Shown here in pieces: positions 1 through 9,080 of a DNA stretch of 21,813 nt. Within the stretch, counting starts at the first letter, position 1, and every line of letters begins with the position of its first letter. The notes below the pieces were generated by a model, which saw only the letters and a list, made by a program, of their open reading frames with translations, did not search any database and was not told the origin of the DNA. The DNA is taken from the IMG/VR virus record IMGVR_UViG_2563366926_000003; one strand, given 5' to 3'. The translations under genes were made by a program, and so were the position numbers. The stretch comes from a virus (lineage: Duplodnaviria; Heunggongvirae; Uroviricota; Caudoviricetes).

Positions 1-1284
1 TTACTTCTTCGCCTCTGCAACCACTTTGCTACCCACGCCGCGGTTATTGTATTCCCACATGCGGTTGTAGTTAGTGTCATTCAGATTGCGCTGTACTTCG
101 TCGTTATCATCAACGTTGCCAGTATTACCCGCAAACGGACGATTGGAAATCACCGCATCGGCCCACGGTTTCGCCGTGTTAAAACCTTCGTTGATGGCGC
201 TATCACGGATCACTACCTGACCGTTGGTATTGGCATCAACATCCAGCGAGCGGCCCAGTTGCGCCACGCCATCCCCGGAAGCATTGAAACGGCTGTTTAC
301 GGCGAGGAAACCGTAGTAAATGTTGGACAGCGTAGCCGGTGCAAACACATACGCTTCTTGCTGGGTACGGGAGTTCACCACGCGGAATTCGGTGTTATCG
401 AACACCACTGCGCCGCGACCAGAAACGATATCCACATCCCCTTCAATGTAGCTGTTAGTCACCAGGGTACGCGGCTGACGGTTGCTTTCCAGACGGTTTT
501 GCACACCGCTGTTGGTGACAAAGAAGGTATTCTGGCGACCGAGAATATTGACGTTATTGATCTGCACTTTGTCGCCATCAGTACGCAGTGCCACCGCCGG
601 ATGGTTACCCGCATCTACGCTATCGCCCAGTGTGTTTTCGATGGTCAGGTTTTGCAGTTGCAGGCCATTGTTTTGTGACCAGAAGACCGCAGAACAGAGC
701 ACGCCAATGCTGTCGCTGCGTTTGCTCTGGCAGCTATCGTACATATACCACGCTGGTTTACCCGGCATATATTTGCCGCGTGGGTTGACGTCGTGACGCC
801 AGTCGGCTGGGCTCATGCCCCCATCAAGGGAAAGCCCAATTTTCACATCAATCGGTTTTTCACCTGTACCGTACAGAGTAATTCCACCCGGAGCGGCAGG
901 GACATACACCGTTCCCTGATACTCACCAGGCATCACGGCAATATACTGGCGCTTGTTGGTACGCTTGATAATTGCCGCATCTACCGCCGCCTGAATCGTG
1001 GTATGCGTTACACCTTGAGTACCCGCCGGGCCGACAACAAAGTCAGGTTGTGCAGGCAGGGTAATCGGGGAAGGATTCCACGCTGCAGCACCTGGTGTCA
1101 GGGATGCAAAATAGTGTTGAGCATCGAAATTCTGCGCTTCTTTTGCCGACAGAATCGGGCGAGAAGAGGTACCAGGCGCGGTTTGATCAGAAGGACGTTG
1201 ATCGGGCGGTGTTGAGCTACAGGCGGTCAGCGTCACGCCAAAAGCCAATGCCAGCGCCAGACGGGAAACTGAAAATGTGTTCAC
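1..1284 (-). CDS. ybhC: Host lipoprotein YbhC (pectinesterase-like / acyl-CoA thioesterase family), flanking lambda attB
   Basis: Full 427-aa ORF with a lipoprotein signal peptide (lipobox LTAC); recognised as E. coli YbhC, the gene next to the lambda attachment site. Stop codon at window position 1-3. Confidence 0.85.
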   Translation of the reverse strand: MNTFSVSRLALALAFGVTLTACSSTPPDQRPSDQTAPGTSSRPILSAKEAQNFDAQHYFASLTPGAAAWNPSPITLPAQPDFVVGPAGTQGVTHTTIQAAVDAAIIKRTNKRQYIAVMPGEYQGTVYVPAAPGGITLYGTGEKPIDVKIGLSLDGGMSPADWRHDVNPRGKYMPGKPAWYMYDSCQSKRSDSIGVLCSAVFWSQNNGLQLQNLTIENTLGDSVDAGNHPAVALRTDGDKVQINNVNILGRQNTFFVTNSGVQNRLESNRQPRTLVTNSYIEGDVDIVSGRGAVVFDNTEFRVVNSRTQQEAYVFAPATLSNIYYGFLAVNSRFNASGDGVAQLGRSLDVDANTNGQVVIRDSAINEGFNTAKPWADAVISNRPFAGNTGNVDDNDEVQRNLNDTNYNRMWEYNNRGVGSKVVAEAKK

Positions 1285-1330
1285 AGGTTGCTCCGGGCTA
1301 TGAAATAGAAAAATGAATCCGTTGAAGCCT

Positions 1331-1418
1331 GCTTTTTTATACTAAGTTGGCATTATAAAAAAGCATTGCTTATCAATTTGTTGCAACGAACAGGTCACTA
1401 TCAGTCAAAATAAAATCA
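1331..1418. other. attL: attL (B-O-P') hybrid attachment site: 15-bp core GCTTTTTTATACTAA plus P' arm
   Basis: Exact lambda core sequence at 1331-1345; left flank (gaagcct) is the bacterial B arm, right flank (gttggcattataaaaaagcattgcttatcaatttgttgcaacgaacaggtcactatcagtcaaaataaa) is the phage P' arm carrying Int arm-type sites; int lies immediately adjacent. Confidence 0.88.
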
Positions 1419-2489
1419 TTATTTGATTTCAATTTTGTCCCACTCCCTGCCTCTGTCATCACGATACTGTGATGCCATGGTGTCCGACTTATGCCCGAGA
1501 AGATGTTGAGCAAACTTATCGCTTATCTGCTTCTCATAGAGTCTTGCAGACAAACTGCGCAACTCGTGAAAGGTAGGCGGATCCCCTTCGAAGGAAAGAC
1601 CTGATGCTTTTCGTGCGCGCATAAAATACCTTGATACTGTGCCGGATGAAAGCGGTTCACGACGAGTAGATGCAATTATGGTTTCTCCGTCAAGAATCTC
1701 TTTGCATTTATCAAGTGTTTCCTTCATTGATATTCCGAGAGCATCAACATGCAATGCTGTTGGGATGGCAATTTTTACGCCTGTTTTGCTTTGCTCGACA
1801 TAAAGATATCCATCTACGATATCAGACCACTTCATTTCGCATAAATCACCAACTCGTTGCCCGGTAACAACAGCCAGTTCCATTGCAAGTCTGAGCCAAC
1901 ATGGTGATGATTCTGCTGCTTGATAAATTTTCAGGTATTCGTCAGCCGTAAGTCTTGATCTCCTTACCTCTGATTTTGCTGCGCGAGTGGCAGCGACAGG
2001 GTTTGTTGTTATATGGCCTTCAGCTATTGCCTCTCGGAATGCATCGCTCAGTGTTGATCTGATTAACTTGGCTGACGCCGCCTTGCCCTCGTCTATGTAT
2101 CCATTGAGCATTGCCGCAATTTCTTTTGTGGTGATGTCTTCAAGTGGAGCATCAGGCAGCCCCCTCCTTATTGCTTTAATTTTGCTCATGTAATTTATGA
2201 GTGTCTTCTGCTTGATTCCTCTGCTGGCCAGGATTTTTTCGTAGCGATCAAGCCATGAATGTAACGTAACGGAATTATCACTGTTGATTCTCGCTGTCAG
2301 AGGCTTGTGTTTGTGTCCTGAAAATAACTCAATGTTGGCCTGTATGGCTTCAGTGATTGCGATTCGCCTGTCTCTGCCTAATCCAAACTCTTTACCCGTC
2401 CTTGGGTCCCTGTAGCAGTAATATCCATTGTTTCTTATATAAAGGTTAGGGGGTAAATCCCGGCGCTCATGACTTCGCCTTCTTCCCAT
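1419..2489 (-). CDS. int: Lambda integrase (tyrosine recombinase)
   Basis: 356-aa ORF (MGRRRSHERRDLPPNLYIRNNGYYCYRDPRTGKEFGLGRDRR...); full length and sequence recognised as lambda Int; adjacent to attL and overlapping xis. Confidence 0.97.
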   Translation of the reverse strand: MGRRRSHERRDLPPNLYIRNNGYYCYRDPRTGKEFGLGRDRRIAITEAIQANIELFSGHKHKPLTARINSDNSVTLHSWLDRYEKILASRGIKQKTLINYMSKIKAIRRGLPDAPLEDITTKEIAAMLNGYIDEGKAASAKLIRSTLSDAFREAIAEGHITTNPVAATRAAKSEVRRSRLTADEYLKIYQAAESSPCWLRLAMELAVVTGQRVGDLCEMKWSDIVDGYLYVEQSKTGVKIAIPTALHVDALGISMKETLDKCKEILDGETIIASTRREPLSSGTVSRYFMRARKASGLSFEGDPPTFHELRSLSARLYEKQISDKFAQHLLGHKSDTMASQYRDDRGREWDKIEIK

Positions 2490-2685
2490 TTCTGATCCTC
2501 TTCAAAAGGCTACCTGTTACTGGTCGATTTAAGTCAACCTTTACCGCTGATTCGTGGAACAGATATTCTCTTCCATCCTTAACCGGAGGAGGGAATATCC
2601 TGCATTCGCGCACCCATCGACGAACTGTTTCAAGGCTTCTTGGGCGTCGCTGGCGTGCGTTCCACTCCTGAAGTGTCAAGTACAT
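2467..2685 (-). CDS. xis: Lambda excisionase
   Basis: 72-aa ORF (MYLTLQEWNARQRRPRSLETVRRWVRECRIFPPPVKDGREYLFHE...) recognised as lambda Xis; 3' end overlaps the int start as in lambda. Confidence 0.95.
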   Translation of the reverse strand: MYLTLQEWNARQRRPRSLETVRRWVRECRIFPPPVKDGREYLFHESAVKVDLNRPVTGSLLKRIRNGKKAKS

Positions 2686-2930
2686 CGCAAAGTCTCCGCA
2701 ATTACACGCAAGAAAAAACCGCCATCAGGCGGCTTGGTGTTCTTTCAGTTCTTCAATTCGAATATTGGTTATGTCTGCATGTGCTATCTGCGCCCATATC
2801 ATCCAGTGGTCGTAGCAGTCGTTGATGTTCTCCGCTTCGATAACTCTGTTGAATGGCTCTCCATTCCATTCTCCTGTGACTCGGAAGTGCATTTATCATC
2901 GCCATAAAACAAAACCCGCCGTAGCGAGTT

Positions 2931-2960
2931 CAGATAAAAGAAATCCTCGTCAGTGCGAGG
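2931..2960 (-). terminator. Putative intrinsic terminator (leftward) upstream of xis
   Basis: Hairpin cctcg-tcagtg-cgagg (2945-2960); on the minus strand it is followed by a T-rich tract (plus-strand ataaaagaaat at 2934-2944). Confidence 0.35.
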
Positions 2961-3134
2961 ATGCTGTTCATTGCTGCTATACACTTTTTTGCTCTCAACG
3001 TAAGCGGTAGCCCATTCTGTTGGGTTGGTGCAGTTGCTTTTAGGAAATGCTATTTACCCCTTAAATGTCGGCTGAAAGAGCTAAAATCCATGCAAAAAAT
3101 TTACGCAATTTTGTGTATTATTGTGCAGTAAGTA

Positions 3135-3737
3135 ATGAGCTATTTTCTGCGCAAAAAATGGATGGTAAATTTGTCCGGGTCAGGAAAAATTTTATGGGCG
3201 CTAAACATGAAAAAAGATTCGTATCCTTATTTGATTTGCATGACAGTTTCAGGGCTGATCTTTATTTTCCTTTTCTTCTGGTGGCGGGCAGATATCTACA
3301 GGGTCACGTTTCTTAATCAGAGTATATCCCACTATTACATTCTGTTTAGCATGGGAATAGCTTTTCTGTTATCTCTGTTTTGGGTTAAGAAGGGGATAGT
3401 AAAACAAAGAGGCTGGAAGAGTCTGTCAGCATACCTTAAGGTTTATGCAGGGATGTGCATATTTGCAGGATTTTTTCTGATTATACCCCTTACGACACTA
3501 ACTTATTTTTTGCCTGGAGAGACATCGTCTTATGTTGCACCGTATCGGTATACTTCCGGTAGTTCAAAAAGTTGTTCTGGAGCTGAGGTGGATGACCCCG
3601 ATCTACATGAGAATATTCGCATTTGCTATCCGTATGGCAATTATGAGTACGATAATATTATCTATGTTGAAAAGAAAATTAATATATTAGGTGCGGTAGT
3701 GACATATGCACAGACCGCGCGTGATGATACTGAATGA
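3135..3737 (+). CDS. Hypothetical integral membrane protein (about 3 predicted TM helices, Cys/Tyr-rich C-terminal tail); AT-rich cargo gene opposite to the pL operon
   Basis: 200-aa ORF with hydrophobic segments (LICMTVSGLIFIFLFFWW; ILFSMGIAFLLSLFWV; VYAGMCIFAGFFLIIPLTTLTYFL); AT-rich sequence with AT-rich codon choice; followed by a strong hairpin terminator. Start uncertain (alternative ATGs at 3161 and 3206; no strong SD for any). Confidence 0.55.
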   Translation: MSYFLRKKWMVNLSGSGKILWALNMKKDSYPYLICMTVSGLIFIFLFFWWRADIYRVTFLNQSISHYYILFSMGIAFLLSLFWVKKGIVKQRGWKSLSAYLKVYAGMCIFAGFFLIIPLTTLTYFLPGETSSYVAPYRYTSGSSKSCSGAEVDDPDLHENIRICYPYGNYEYDNIIYVEKKINILGAVVTYAQTARDDTE

Positions 3738-3771
3738 TATAGTATATAGCGGGCAAGTTTTAGTTAATTTA

Positions 3772-3809
3772 TCGAGGTAATATAATTTACCTCGACTCGT
3801 TTGTTCTGG
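3772..3809 (+). terminator. Intrinsic terminator of the membrane-protein cargo gene
   Basis: Perfect 9-bp inverted repeat tcgaggtaa / ttacctcga (3772-3780 and 3787-3795) with 6-nt loop tataat, followed by the T-rich stretch ctcgtttgttctgg. Confidence 0.55.
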
Positions 3810-3947
3810 TATTAATATTTCGCTTTACGACCGATTTTTATCTGATGATATCATGCGGTTTTCATATACTGACTTACTGTCTTTTCTCCGTTAGCGATTT
3901 TCTCCTGCTCAGCGATGATTTTATCTTTGGCTTCTAGTTAATTTCGC

Positions 3948-4169
3948 TCACTTCGAACCTCTCTGTTTACTGATAAGCTCCAGATCCTCCTGGCAACTTG
4001 CACAAGTCCGACAACCCTGAACGACCAGGCGTCTTCGTTCATCTATCGGATCGCCACACTCACAACAATGAGTGGCAGATATAGCCTGGTGGTTCAGGCG
4101 GCGCATTTTTATTGCTGTGTTGCGCTGTAATTCTTCAATTTCTGATGCTGAATCAATGATGTCTGCCAT
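3948..4169 (-). CDS. TraR/DksA-family C4 zinc-finger protein (lambdoid early-region small protein)
   Basis: 73-aa ORF with a CxxC...CxxC motif (CCECGDPIDERRRLVVQGCRTCASC), typical of the TraR/DksA family that binds the RNA polymerase secondary channel. Confidence 0.8.
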   Translation of the reverse strand: MADIIDSASEIEELQRNTAIKMRRLNHQAISATHCCECGDPIDERRRLVVQGCRTCASCQEDLELISKQRGSK

Positions 4170-4220
4170 CTTCCATTAATCCCTGAATTGTTGGTTAATA
4201 CGCTTGAGGGTGAATGCGAA

Positions 4221-4246
4221 TAATAAAAAAGGAGCCTGTAGCTCCC
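4221..4246 (-). terminator. Putative intrinsic terminator inside the pL operon
   Basis: On the minus strand: hairpin ggagc-tacag-gctcc followed by ttttttatt (plus-strand aaaaaaggagcctgtagctcc at 4225-4245). Confidence 0.4.
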
Positions 4247-4267
4247 TGATGATTTTGCTTTTCATGT

Positions 4268-4579
4268 TCATCGTTCCTTAAAGACGCCGTTTAACATGCC
4301 GATTGCCAGGCTTAAATGAGTCGGTGTGAATCCCATCAGCGTTACCGTTTCGCGGTGCTTCTTCAGTACGCTACGGCAAATGTCATCGACGTTTTTATCC
4401 GGAAACTGCTGTCTGGCTTTTTTGATTTCAGAATTAGCCTGACGGGCAATGCTGCGAAGGGCGTTTTCCTGCTGAGGTGTCATTGAACAAGTCCCATGTC
4501 GGCAAGCATAAGCACACAGAATATGAAGCCCGCTGCCAGAAAAATGCATTCCGTGGTTGTCATACCTGGTCTCTCTCAT
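4268..4579 (-). CDS. Hypothetical early-region protein (lambda orf61/orf63/orf60a neighbourhood)
   Basis: 103-aa ORF in the same orientation and position as the small lambda genes between xis and exo. The true start may be the internal ATG at 4483 (71 aa, MTPQQENALRS...); neither start has a strong RBS. Confidence 0.5.
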   Translation of the reverse strand: MRETRYDNHGMHFSGSGLHILCAYACRHGTCSMTPQQENALRSIARQANSEIKKARQQFPDKNVDDICRSVLKKHRETVTLMGFTPTHLSLAIGMLNGVFKER

Positions 4580-4751
4580 CTGCTTCTGCTTTCGCCACCA
4601 TCATTTCCAGCTTTTGTGAAAGGGATGCGGCTAACGTATGAAATTCTTCGTCTGTTTCTACTGGTATTGGCACAAACCTGACTCCAATTTGAGCGAGGCT
4701 ATGTGCCATCTCGATACTCGTTCTTAACTCAACGGGAGATGCTTTGTGCAT
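4560..4751 (-). CDS. Hypothetical small early-region protein
   Basis: 63-aa ORF overlapping its neighbours in the compact way typical of the lambda exo-proximal small genes. Confidence 0.5.
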   Translation of the reverse strand: MHKASPVELRTSIEMAHSLAQIGVRFVPIPVETDEEFHTLAASLSQKLEMMVAKAEADERDQV

Positions 4752-4912
4752 ACAGCTCCCCGTTTATTATTTATCTCCTCAGCCAGCCGCTGTGCTTTCA
4801 GGGGATTTCGGATAACAGAAAGGCCGGGAAATACCCAGCCTCGCTTCGTAACGGAGTAGACGAAAGTGATCGTGCCTACGCGGATATTATCGTGAGGATG
4901 TTTCATCGCCAT
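4724..4912 (-). CDS. Hypothetical small early-region protein immediately upstream of exo
   Basis: 62-aa ORF whose 5' region overlaps the 3' end of exo by 10 nt (operon-style packing). Confidence 0.5.
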   Translation of the reverse strand: MAMKHPHDNIRVGTITFVYSVTKRGWVFPGLSVIRNPLKAQRLAEEINNKRGAVCTKHLPLS

Positions 4913-5583
4913 TGCTCCCCAAATACAAAACCAATTTCAGCCAGTGCCTCGTCCATTTTTTCGATGAACTCCGGCACCATCTCGTCAAAACTCGCTATAT
5001 ACTTTTCATTCCGCTCAATCACGACATAATGCAGGCCTTCACGCTTCATGCGCGGGTCATAGTTGGCAAAGTACCAGGCATCTTTTCGCGTCACCCACAT
5101 GCTGTACTGCACCTGGGCCATGTAAGCCGACTTTATGGCCTCGAAACCACCGAGCCGGAATTTCATGAAATCCCGGGAGGTAAACGGGCATTTCAGCTCA
5201 AGGCCATTGCCGTCACTGCATAAACCATCGGGAGAGCAGGCGGTGCGCATACTTTCGTCGCGATAGATGATCGGGGATTCAATAACATTTACGCCGGAAG
5301 TGAACTCAAACAGAGTTCTGGCGTCGTTCTCGTACTGTTTTCCCCATGCCAGCGCCTTAGCATTAACTTCCGGAGCCACACCGGTGCAAACCTCAGCCAG
5401 CAGGGTGTGGAAGTAGGACATTTTCATGTCAGGCCACTTCTTTCCTGAGCGGGGCTTGGCTATCACGTTGTGAACTTCTGAAGCGGTGATGACGCCGAGC
5501 CGTAATTTGTGCCATGCATCATCCCCCTGTTCGACAGCTCTCACGTCGATCCCGGTACGCTGCAGGATAATGTCCGGTGTCAT
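4903..5583 (-). CDS. exo: Lambda exonuclease (Red-alpha)
   Basis: 226-aa ORF ([43 protein letters not shown]...) recognised as lambda Exo; start overlaps the bet stop (ATGA). Confidence 0.97.
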   Translation of the reverse strand: MTPDIILQRTGIDVRAVEQGDDAWHKLRLGVITASEVHNVIAKPRSGKKWPDMKMSYFHTLLAEVCTGVAPEVNAKALAWGKQYENDARTLFEFTSGVNVIESPIIYRDESMRTACSPDGLCSDGNGLELKCPFTSRDFMKFRLGGFEAIKSAYMAQVQYSMWVTRKDAWYFANYDPRMKREGLHYVVIERNEKYIASFDEMVPEFIEKMDEALAEIGFVFGEQWR

Positions 5584-6365
5584 GCTGCCACCTTCTGCTC
5601 AGTGGCTTTCTGTTTCAGGAATCCAAGAGCTTTCACTGCTTCGGCCTGTGTCAGTTCTGACGATGCGCGAATGTCGCGGCGAAATATCTGGGAACAGAGC
5701 GGCAATAAGTCGTCATTCCATGTTTTATCCAGGGCGATCAGCAGAGTGTTAATCTCCTGCATGGTTTCATCGTTAACCGGAGTGATGTCGCGTTCCGGCT
5801 GACGTTCTGCAGTGTATGCGGTATTTTCGACAATGCGCTCGGCTTCATCCTTGTCATAGATACCAGCAAATCCGAAGGCGAGACGGGCACACTGAATCAT
5901 GGCTTTATGCCGTAACATCCGTTTGGGATGCGACTGCCACGGCCCCGTGATTTCTCTGCCTTCGCGGGTTTTGAATGGTTCGCGGCGGCATTCATCCATC
6001 CATTCGGTAACGCAGATCGGATGATTGCGGTCTTTGCGGTAAATCCGGCATGTGCAGGATTCGTTGTCCTGTTCAAAGTCCATGCCGTCAAACTGCTGGT
6101 TTTCGTTGATGATGCGGGACCAGCCATCAACGCCCACCACCGGAACGATGCCGTTCTGCTTATCAGGGAAGGCGTAAATTTCTTTCGTCCACGGATTAAG
6201 ACCGTACTGGTTGGCGACGATCAGCAATGCGATGAACTGCGCATCGCTGGCATCACCTTTAAATGCCGTCTGGCGAAGAGTGGTGATCAGTTCCTGTGGG
6301 TCGACAGAATCCATGCCGACACGTTCAGCCAGCTTCCCAGCCAGCGTTGCGAGTGCTGTACTCAT
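5580..6365 (-). CDS. bet: Lambda Beta single-strand annealing protein (Red-beta)
   Basis: 261-aa ORF ([66 protein letters not shown]...) recognised as lambda Bet. Confidence 0.97.
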   Translation of the reverse strand: MSTALATLAGKLAERVGMDSVDPQELITTLRQTAFKGDASDAQFIALLIVANQYGLNPWTKEIYAFPDKQNGIVPVVGVDGWSRIINENQQFDGMDFEQDNESCTCRIYRKDRNHPICVTEWMDECRREPFKTREGREITGPWQSHPKRMLRHKAMIQCARLAFGFAGIYDKDEAERIVENTAYTAERQPERDITPVNDETMQEINTLLIALDKTWNDDLLPLCSQIFRRDIRASSELTQAEAVKALGFLKQKATEQKVAA

Positions 6366-6370
6366 CCGTT

Positions 6371-6787
6371 TTATACCTCTGAATCAATATCAACCTGATG
6401 GTGAGCAATGGTTTCAACCATGTACCGGATGTGTTCTGCCATGCGCTCCTGAAACTCAACATCGTTATCAAACGCACGGGTAATGGCTTTTTTGCTGGCC
6501 CCGTGGCGTTGCAAATGATCGATGCATAGCGATTCAAACAGGTGCTGGGGCAGGCCTTTTTCCATGTCGTCTGCCAGTTCTGCCTCTTTCTCTTCACGGG
6601 CGATCTGCTGGTAGTGACGCGCCCAGCTCTGAGCCTCAAGACGATCCTGAATGTAATAAGCGTTCATGGCTGAACTCCTGAAATAGCTGTGAAAATATCG
6701 CCCGCGAAATGCCGGGCTGATTAGGAAAACAGGAAAGGGGGTTAGTGAATGCTTTTGCTTGATCTCAGTTTCAGTATTAATATCCAT
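6371..6787 (-). CDS. gam: Lambda Gam (RecBCD inhibitor)
   Basis: 138-aa ORF ([61 protein letters not shown]...) recognised as lambda Gam. Confidence 0.95.
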   Translation of the reverse strand: MDINTETEIKQKHSLTPFPVFLISPAFRGRYFHSYFRSSAMNAYYIQDRLEAQSWARHYQQIAREEKEAELADDMEKGLPQHLFESLCIDHLQRHGASKKAITRAFDNDVEFQERMAEHIRYMVETIAHHQVDIDSEV

Positions 6788-6885
6788 TTTTTATAAGCGT
6801 CGACGGCTTCACGAAACATCTTTTCATCGCCAATAAAAGTGGCGATAGTGAATTTAGTCTGGATAGCCATAAGTGTTTGATCCAT
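6742..6885 (-). CDS. kil: Lambda Kil (FtsZ-inhibiting host-killing protein)
   Basis: 47-aa reading frame [47 protein letters not shown], inside the 89-aa track ORF; recognised as lambda Kil; overlaps gam and cIII as in lambda. Confidence 0.8.
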   Translation of the reverse strand: MDQTLMAIQTKFTIATFIGDEKMFREAVDAYKKWILILKLRSSKSIH

Positions 6886-7018
6886 TCTTTGGGACTCCTG
6901 GCTGATTAAGTATGTCGATAAGGCGTTTCCATCCGTCACGTAATTTACGGGTAATTCGTTCAAGTAAAGATTCGGAAGGGCAGCCAGCAACAGGCCACCC
7001 TGCAATGGCATATTGCAT
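6854..7018 (-). CDS. cIII: Lambda CIII (FtsH inhibitor that stabilises CII)
   Basis: 54-aa frame [54 protein letters not shown], an internal start within the 78-aa track ORF; recognised as lambda CIII. Confidence 0.85.
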   Translation of the reverse strand: MQYAIAGWPVAGCPSESLLERITRKLRDGWKRLIDILNQPGVPKNGSNTYGYPD

Positions 7019-7090
7019 GGTGTGCTCCTTATTTATACATAACGAAAAACGCCTCGAGTGAAGCGTTATTGGTATACGGTAAAGCCGCAC

Positions 7091-7384
7091 TCAGGCGGCC
7101 TTGATAGTCATATCATCTGAATCAAATATTCCTGATGTATCGATATCGGTAATTCTTATTCCTTCGCTACCATCCATTGGAGGCCATCCTTCCTGACCAT
7201 TTCCATCATTCCAGTCGAACTCATACACAACACCATATGCATTTAAGTCGCTTGAAATTGCTATAAGCAGAGCATGTTGCGCCAGCATGATTAATACAGC
7301 ATTTAATACAGAGCCGTGTTTATTGAGTCGGTATTCAGAGTCTGACCAGAAATTATTAATCTGGTGAAGTTTTTCCTCTGTCAT
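7091..7384 (-). CDS. Hypothetical early protein in the lambda ea10 position
   Basis: 97-aa ORF between cIII and ral on the pL strand; assigned by position only. Confidence 0.45.
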   Translation of the reverse strand: MTEEKLHQINNFWSDSEYRLNKHGSVLNAVLIMLAQHALLIAISSDLNAYGVVYEFDWNDGNGQEGWPPMDGSEGIRITDIDTSGIFDSDDMTIKAA

Positions 7385-7477
7385 TACGTCATGGTCGATT
7401 TCAATTTCTATTGATGCTTTCCAGTCGTAATCAATGATGTATTTTTTGATGTTTGATATCTATTCATATCCTCACAG

Positions 7478-7505
7478 ATAAAAAATCGCCCTCACATTGG
7501 AGGGC
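7478..7505 (-). terminator. Putative intrinsic terminator (tL-type) between ral and the ea10-position gene
   Basis: Hairpin gccctc-acattg-gagggc (7488-7505); on the minus strand it is followed by a U-run (plus-strand agataaaaaatc at 7477-7487). Confidence 0.5.
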
Positions 7506-7641
7506 AAAGAAGATTTCCAATAATCAGAACAAGTCGGCTCCTGTTTAGTTACGAGCGACATTGCTCCGTGTATTCACTCGTTGGAATGAATACACAGTGC
7601 AGTGTTTATTCTGTTATTTATGCCAAAAATAAAGGCCACTA

Positions 7642-7842
7642 TCAGGCAGCTTTGTTGTTCTGTTTACCAAGTTCTCTGGCAATCATTGCCGTCGCTCGTA
7701 TTGCCCATTTATCGACATATTTCCCATCTTCCATTACAGGAAACATTTCTTCAGGCTTAACCATGCATTCCGATTGCAGCTTGCATCCATTGCATCGCTT
7801 GAATTGTCCACACCATTGATTTTTATCAATAGTCGTAGTCAT
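7642..7842 (-). CDS. ral: Lambda Ral (restriction alleviation)
   Basis: 66-aa ORF (MTTTIDKNQWCGQFKRCNGCKLQSECMVKPEEMFPVMEDGKYVDKWAIRATAMIARELGKQNNKAA) recognised as lambda Ral. Confidence 0.9.
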   Translation of the reverse strand: MTTTIDKNQWCGQFKRCNGCKLQSECMVKPEEMFPVMEDGKYVDKWAIRATAMIARELGKQNNKAA

Positions 7843-7912
7843 AAGGATAGTCCTGGTATTGTTCCATCACATCCTGGGGATGCTCTTCGAACTCTTCAAA
7901 TTCTTCTTCCAT
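7826..7912 (-). CDS. Small acidic ORF (lambda orf28-like), translationally coupled to ral
   Basis: Minus-strand ATG at 7912 encodes MEEEFEEFEEHPQDVMEQYQDYPYDYDY (28 aa); its stop overlaps the ral start. Below the ORF-track size cut-off. Confidence 0.5.
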   Translation of the reverse strand: MEEEFEEFEEHPQDVMEQYQDYPYDYDY

Positions 7913-8055
7913 ATATCACCTTAAATAGTGGATTGCGGTAGTAAAGATTGTGCCTGTCTTTTAACCACATCAGGCTCGGTGGTTCTCGTGTACCCCTACA
8001 GCGAGAAATCGGATAAACTCTATTCACCCCTACAGAGAGCAAAAGAGAAACGCCG

Positions 8056-8637
8056 ATGAACAACTCATGGTGGCAGGAACTAATGCATTTTTTCCTGCAA
8101 GGAATGACACTTAAACAGTTGATTCATATGCTAATCATCCTGATCATATTGATTATTGTTATGCCGGTAAGCGTAAAAGAATGGATAAACCTGCATAATC
8201 CAGAAATCCTTCCTCATTACTGGATGTATTACATCCTGTTGTTTTGCGTTAGCTATGTGCTTAACGGCGTTGTTAATTCCGCTTATCACGCTGTGACTGA
8301 AAGAATTGAGGTATTCGTTGCTCAGAAGCGCAAATCTAAAGAAGAAAAATATGTGCAAGATTTGTTTGATTCGTTAACTCTTGGAGAAAGAGCGTATTTG
8401 GCATTCGCTGTAGCCGCTAATAACCAGCTACAAACGGAAAAGGGAGCTCATGAATCAATTTCATTGCTCAAAAAAGGACTCCTCGTTCGAAGGCCTCCTG
8501 CTGTTGGATATCCTGATACCGACCGTTTTGTTATTCCTGAAAGCTATAGACATGAGTGCTACATTCGGTTTGCCGGGAAGGCAGACAGCCTTATGGATGA
8601 ACTTATCGCTCAGGATAAGCATGGCAAAAACAAGTAA
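8056..8637 (+). CDS. sieB: Superinfection exclusion protein B
   Basis: 193-aa ORF with N-terminal hydrophobic segments (LIHMLIILIILIIVMPV; YWMYYILLFCVSYVLNGVV); sits between ral and N, convergent with the pL operon, as sieB does in lambda and P22. Confidence 0.8.
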   Translation: MNNSWWQELMHFFLQGMTLKQLIHMLIILIILIIVMPVSVKEWINLHNPEILPHYWMYYILLFCVSYVLNGVVNSAYHAVTERIEVFVAQKRKSKEEKYVQDLFDSLTLGERAYLAFAVAANNQLQTEKGAHESISLLKKGLLVRRPPAVGYPDTDRFVIPESYRHECYIRFAGKADSLMDELIAQDKHGKNK

Positions 8638-8653
8638 TTAGCAAATGAATTTA

Positions 8654-8962
8654 TCATCTCGCCGTCAGTTGTTTTGATTTCCGGTAGCCTGCCGCGTAAA
8701 TAGCTACGTTTGGCAGGCAAACACTTCCACTGCATTCATCTACTTTCTTGCAGCGAAGGCTTCCGAGTGATATTGCTTTTTCAGAAAGGCTTAACCGCTT
8801 TCTCGGGTCTTCCTGAACAGGTTCCTCACTGTCTGTGCCGAAGATCGAATCGATGATGTTGCAGATGGAATCACGCTCGATGGCCAGCTTTCTGCGCCGC
8901 TCATGACGGCGAGTTTTGGCATTTCCTGCAAATGTTGATTTTCCGTACACGATTACCGTCAT
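8654..8962 (-). CDS. N-type transcription antiterminator, P22 gene 24-like (not lambda N)
   Basis: Internal start MTVIVYGKSTFAGNAKTRRHERRRKLAIERD... (102 aa) inside the 130-aa track ORF; arginine-rich N-terminal motif; recalled as similar to P22 gp24; lies downstream of a P22-type nutL. Confidence 0.8.
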   Translation of the reverse strand: MTVIVYGKSTFAGNAKTRRHERRRKLAIERDSICNIIDSIFGTDSEEPVQEDPRKRLSLSEKAISLGSLRCKKVDECSGSVCLPNVAIYAAGYRKSKQLTAR

Positions 8963-9080
8963 GATGTTTTCCTCATGTGAAATGGCTTTGGTGGTGATGC
9001 GCCAGATGCTGATCTTCTGGTTGCTGTCGTTACTGCTGCAATTCACATCACCCCAAACCCATCTCGTTTGGTATCTGTTC

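Noticed and set aside
259-1316. Plus-strand ORFs (259-678, 482-796, 588-788, 793-1215, 1095-1316) overlapping ybhC
   Set aside because: They lie antisense within a well-supported 427-aa host gene with a lipoprotein signal; judged to be chance open frames.
2554-3010. Overlapping ORFs just right of xis (2554-2907 +, 2640-2825 +, 2799-2984 -, 2822-3010 +)
   Set aside because: No RBS or recognisable protein features, and they overlap one another; more likely non-coding remnant or regulatory DNA at the junction with the membrane-protein cargo gene. A degraded ea8.5-like remnant cannot be excluded without alignment.
5486-6639. Alternative-frame ORFs across exo/bet/gam (5486-5752 +, 5509-5802 +, 5897-6130 -, 5928-6398 +, 6211-6483 +, 6325-6639 -)
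   Set aside because: Overlap the well-supported lambda Red genes; chance frames in GC-balanced coding DNA.
8131-8641. ORFs 8131-8358 (-) and 8450-8641 (+) within sieB
   Set aside because: Antisense or out-of-frame overlaps of the sieB coding region; no independent support.
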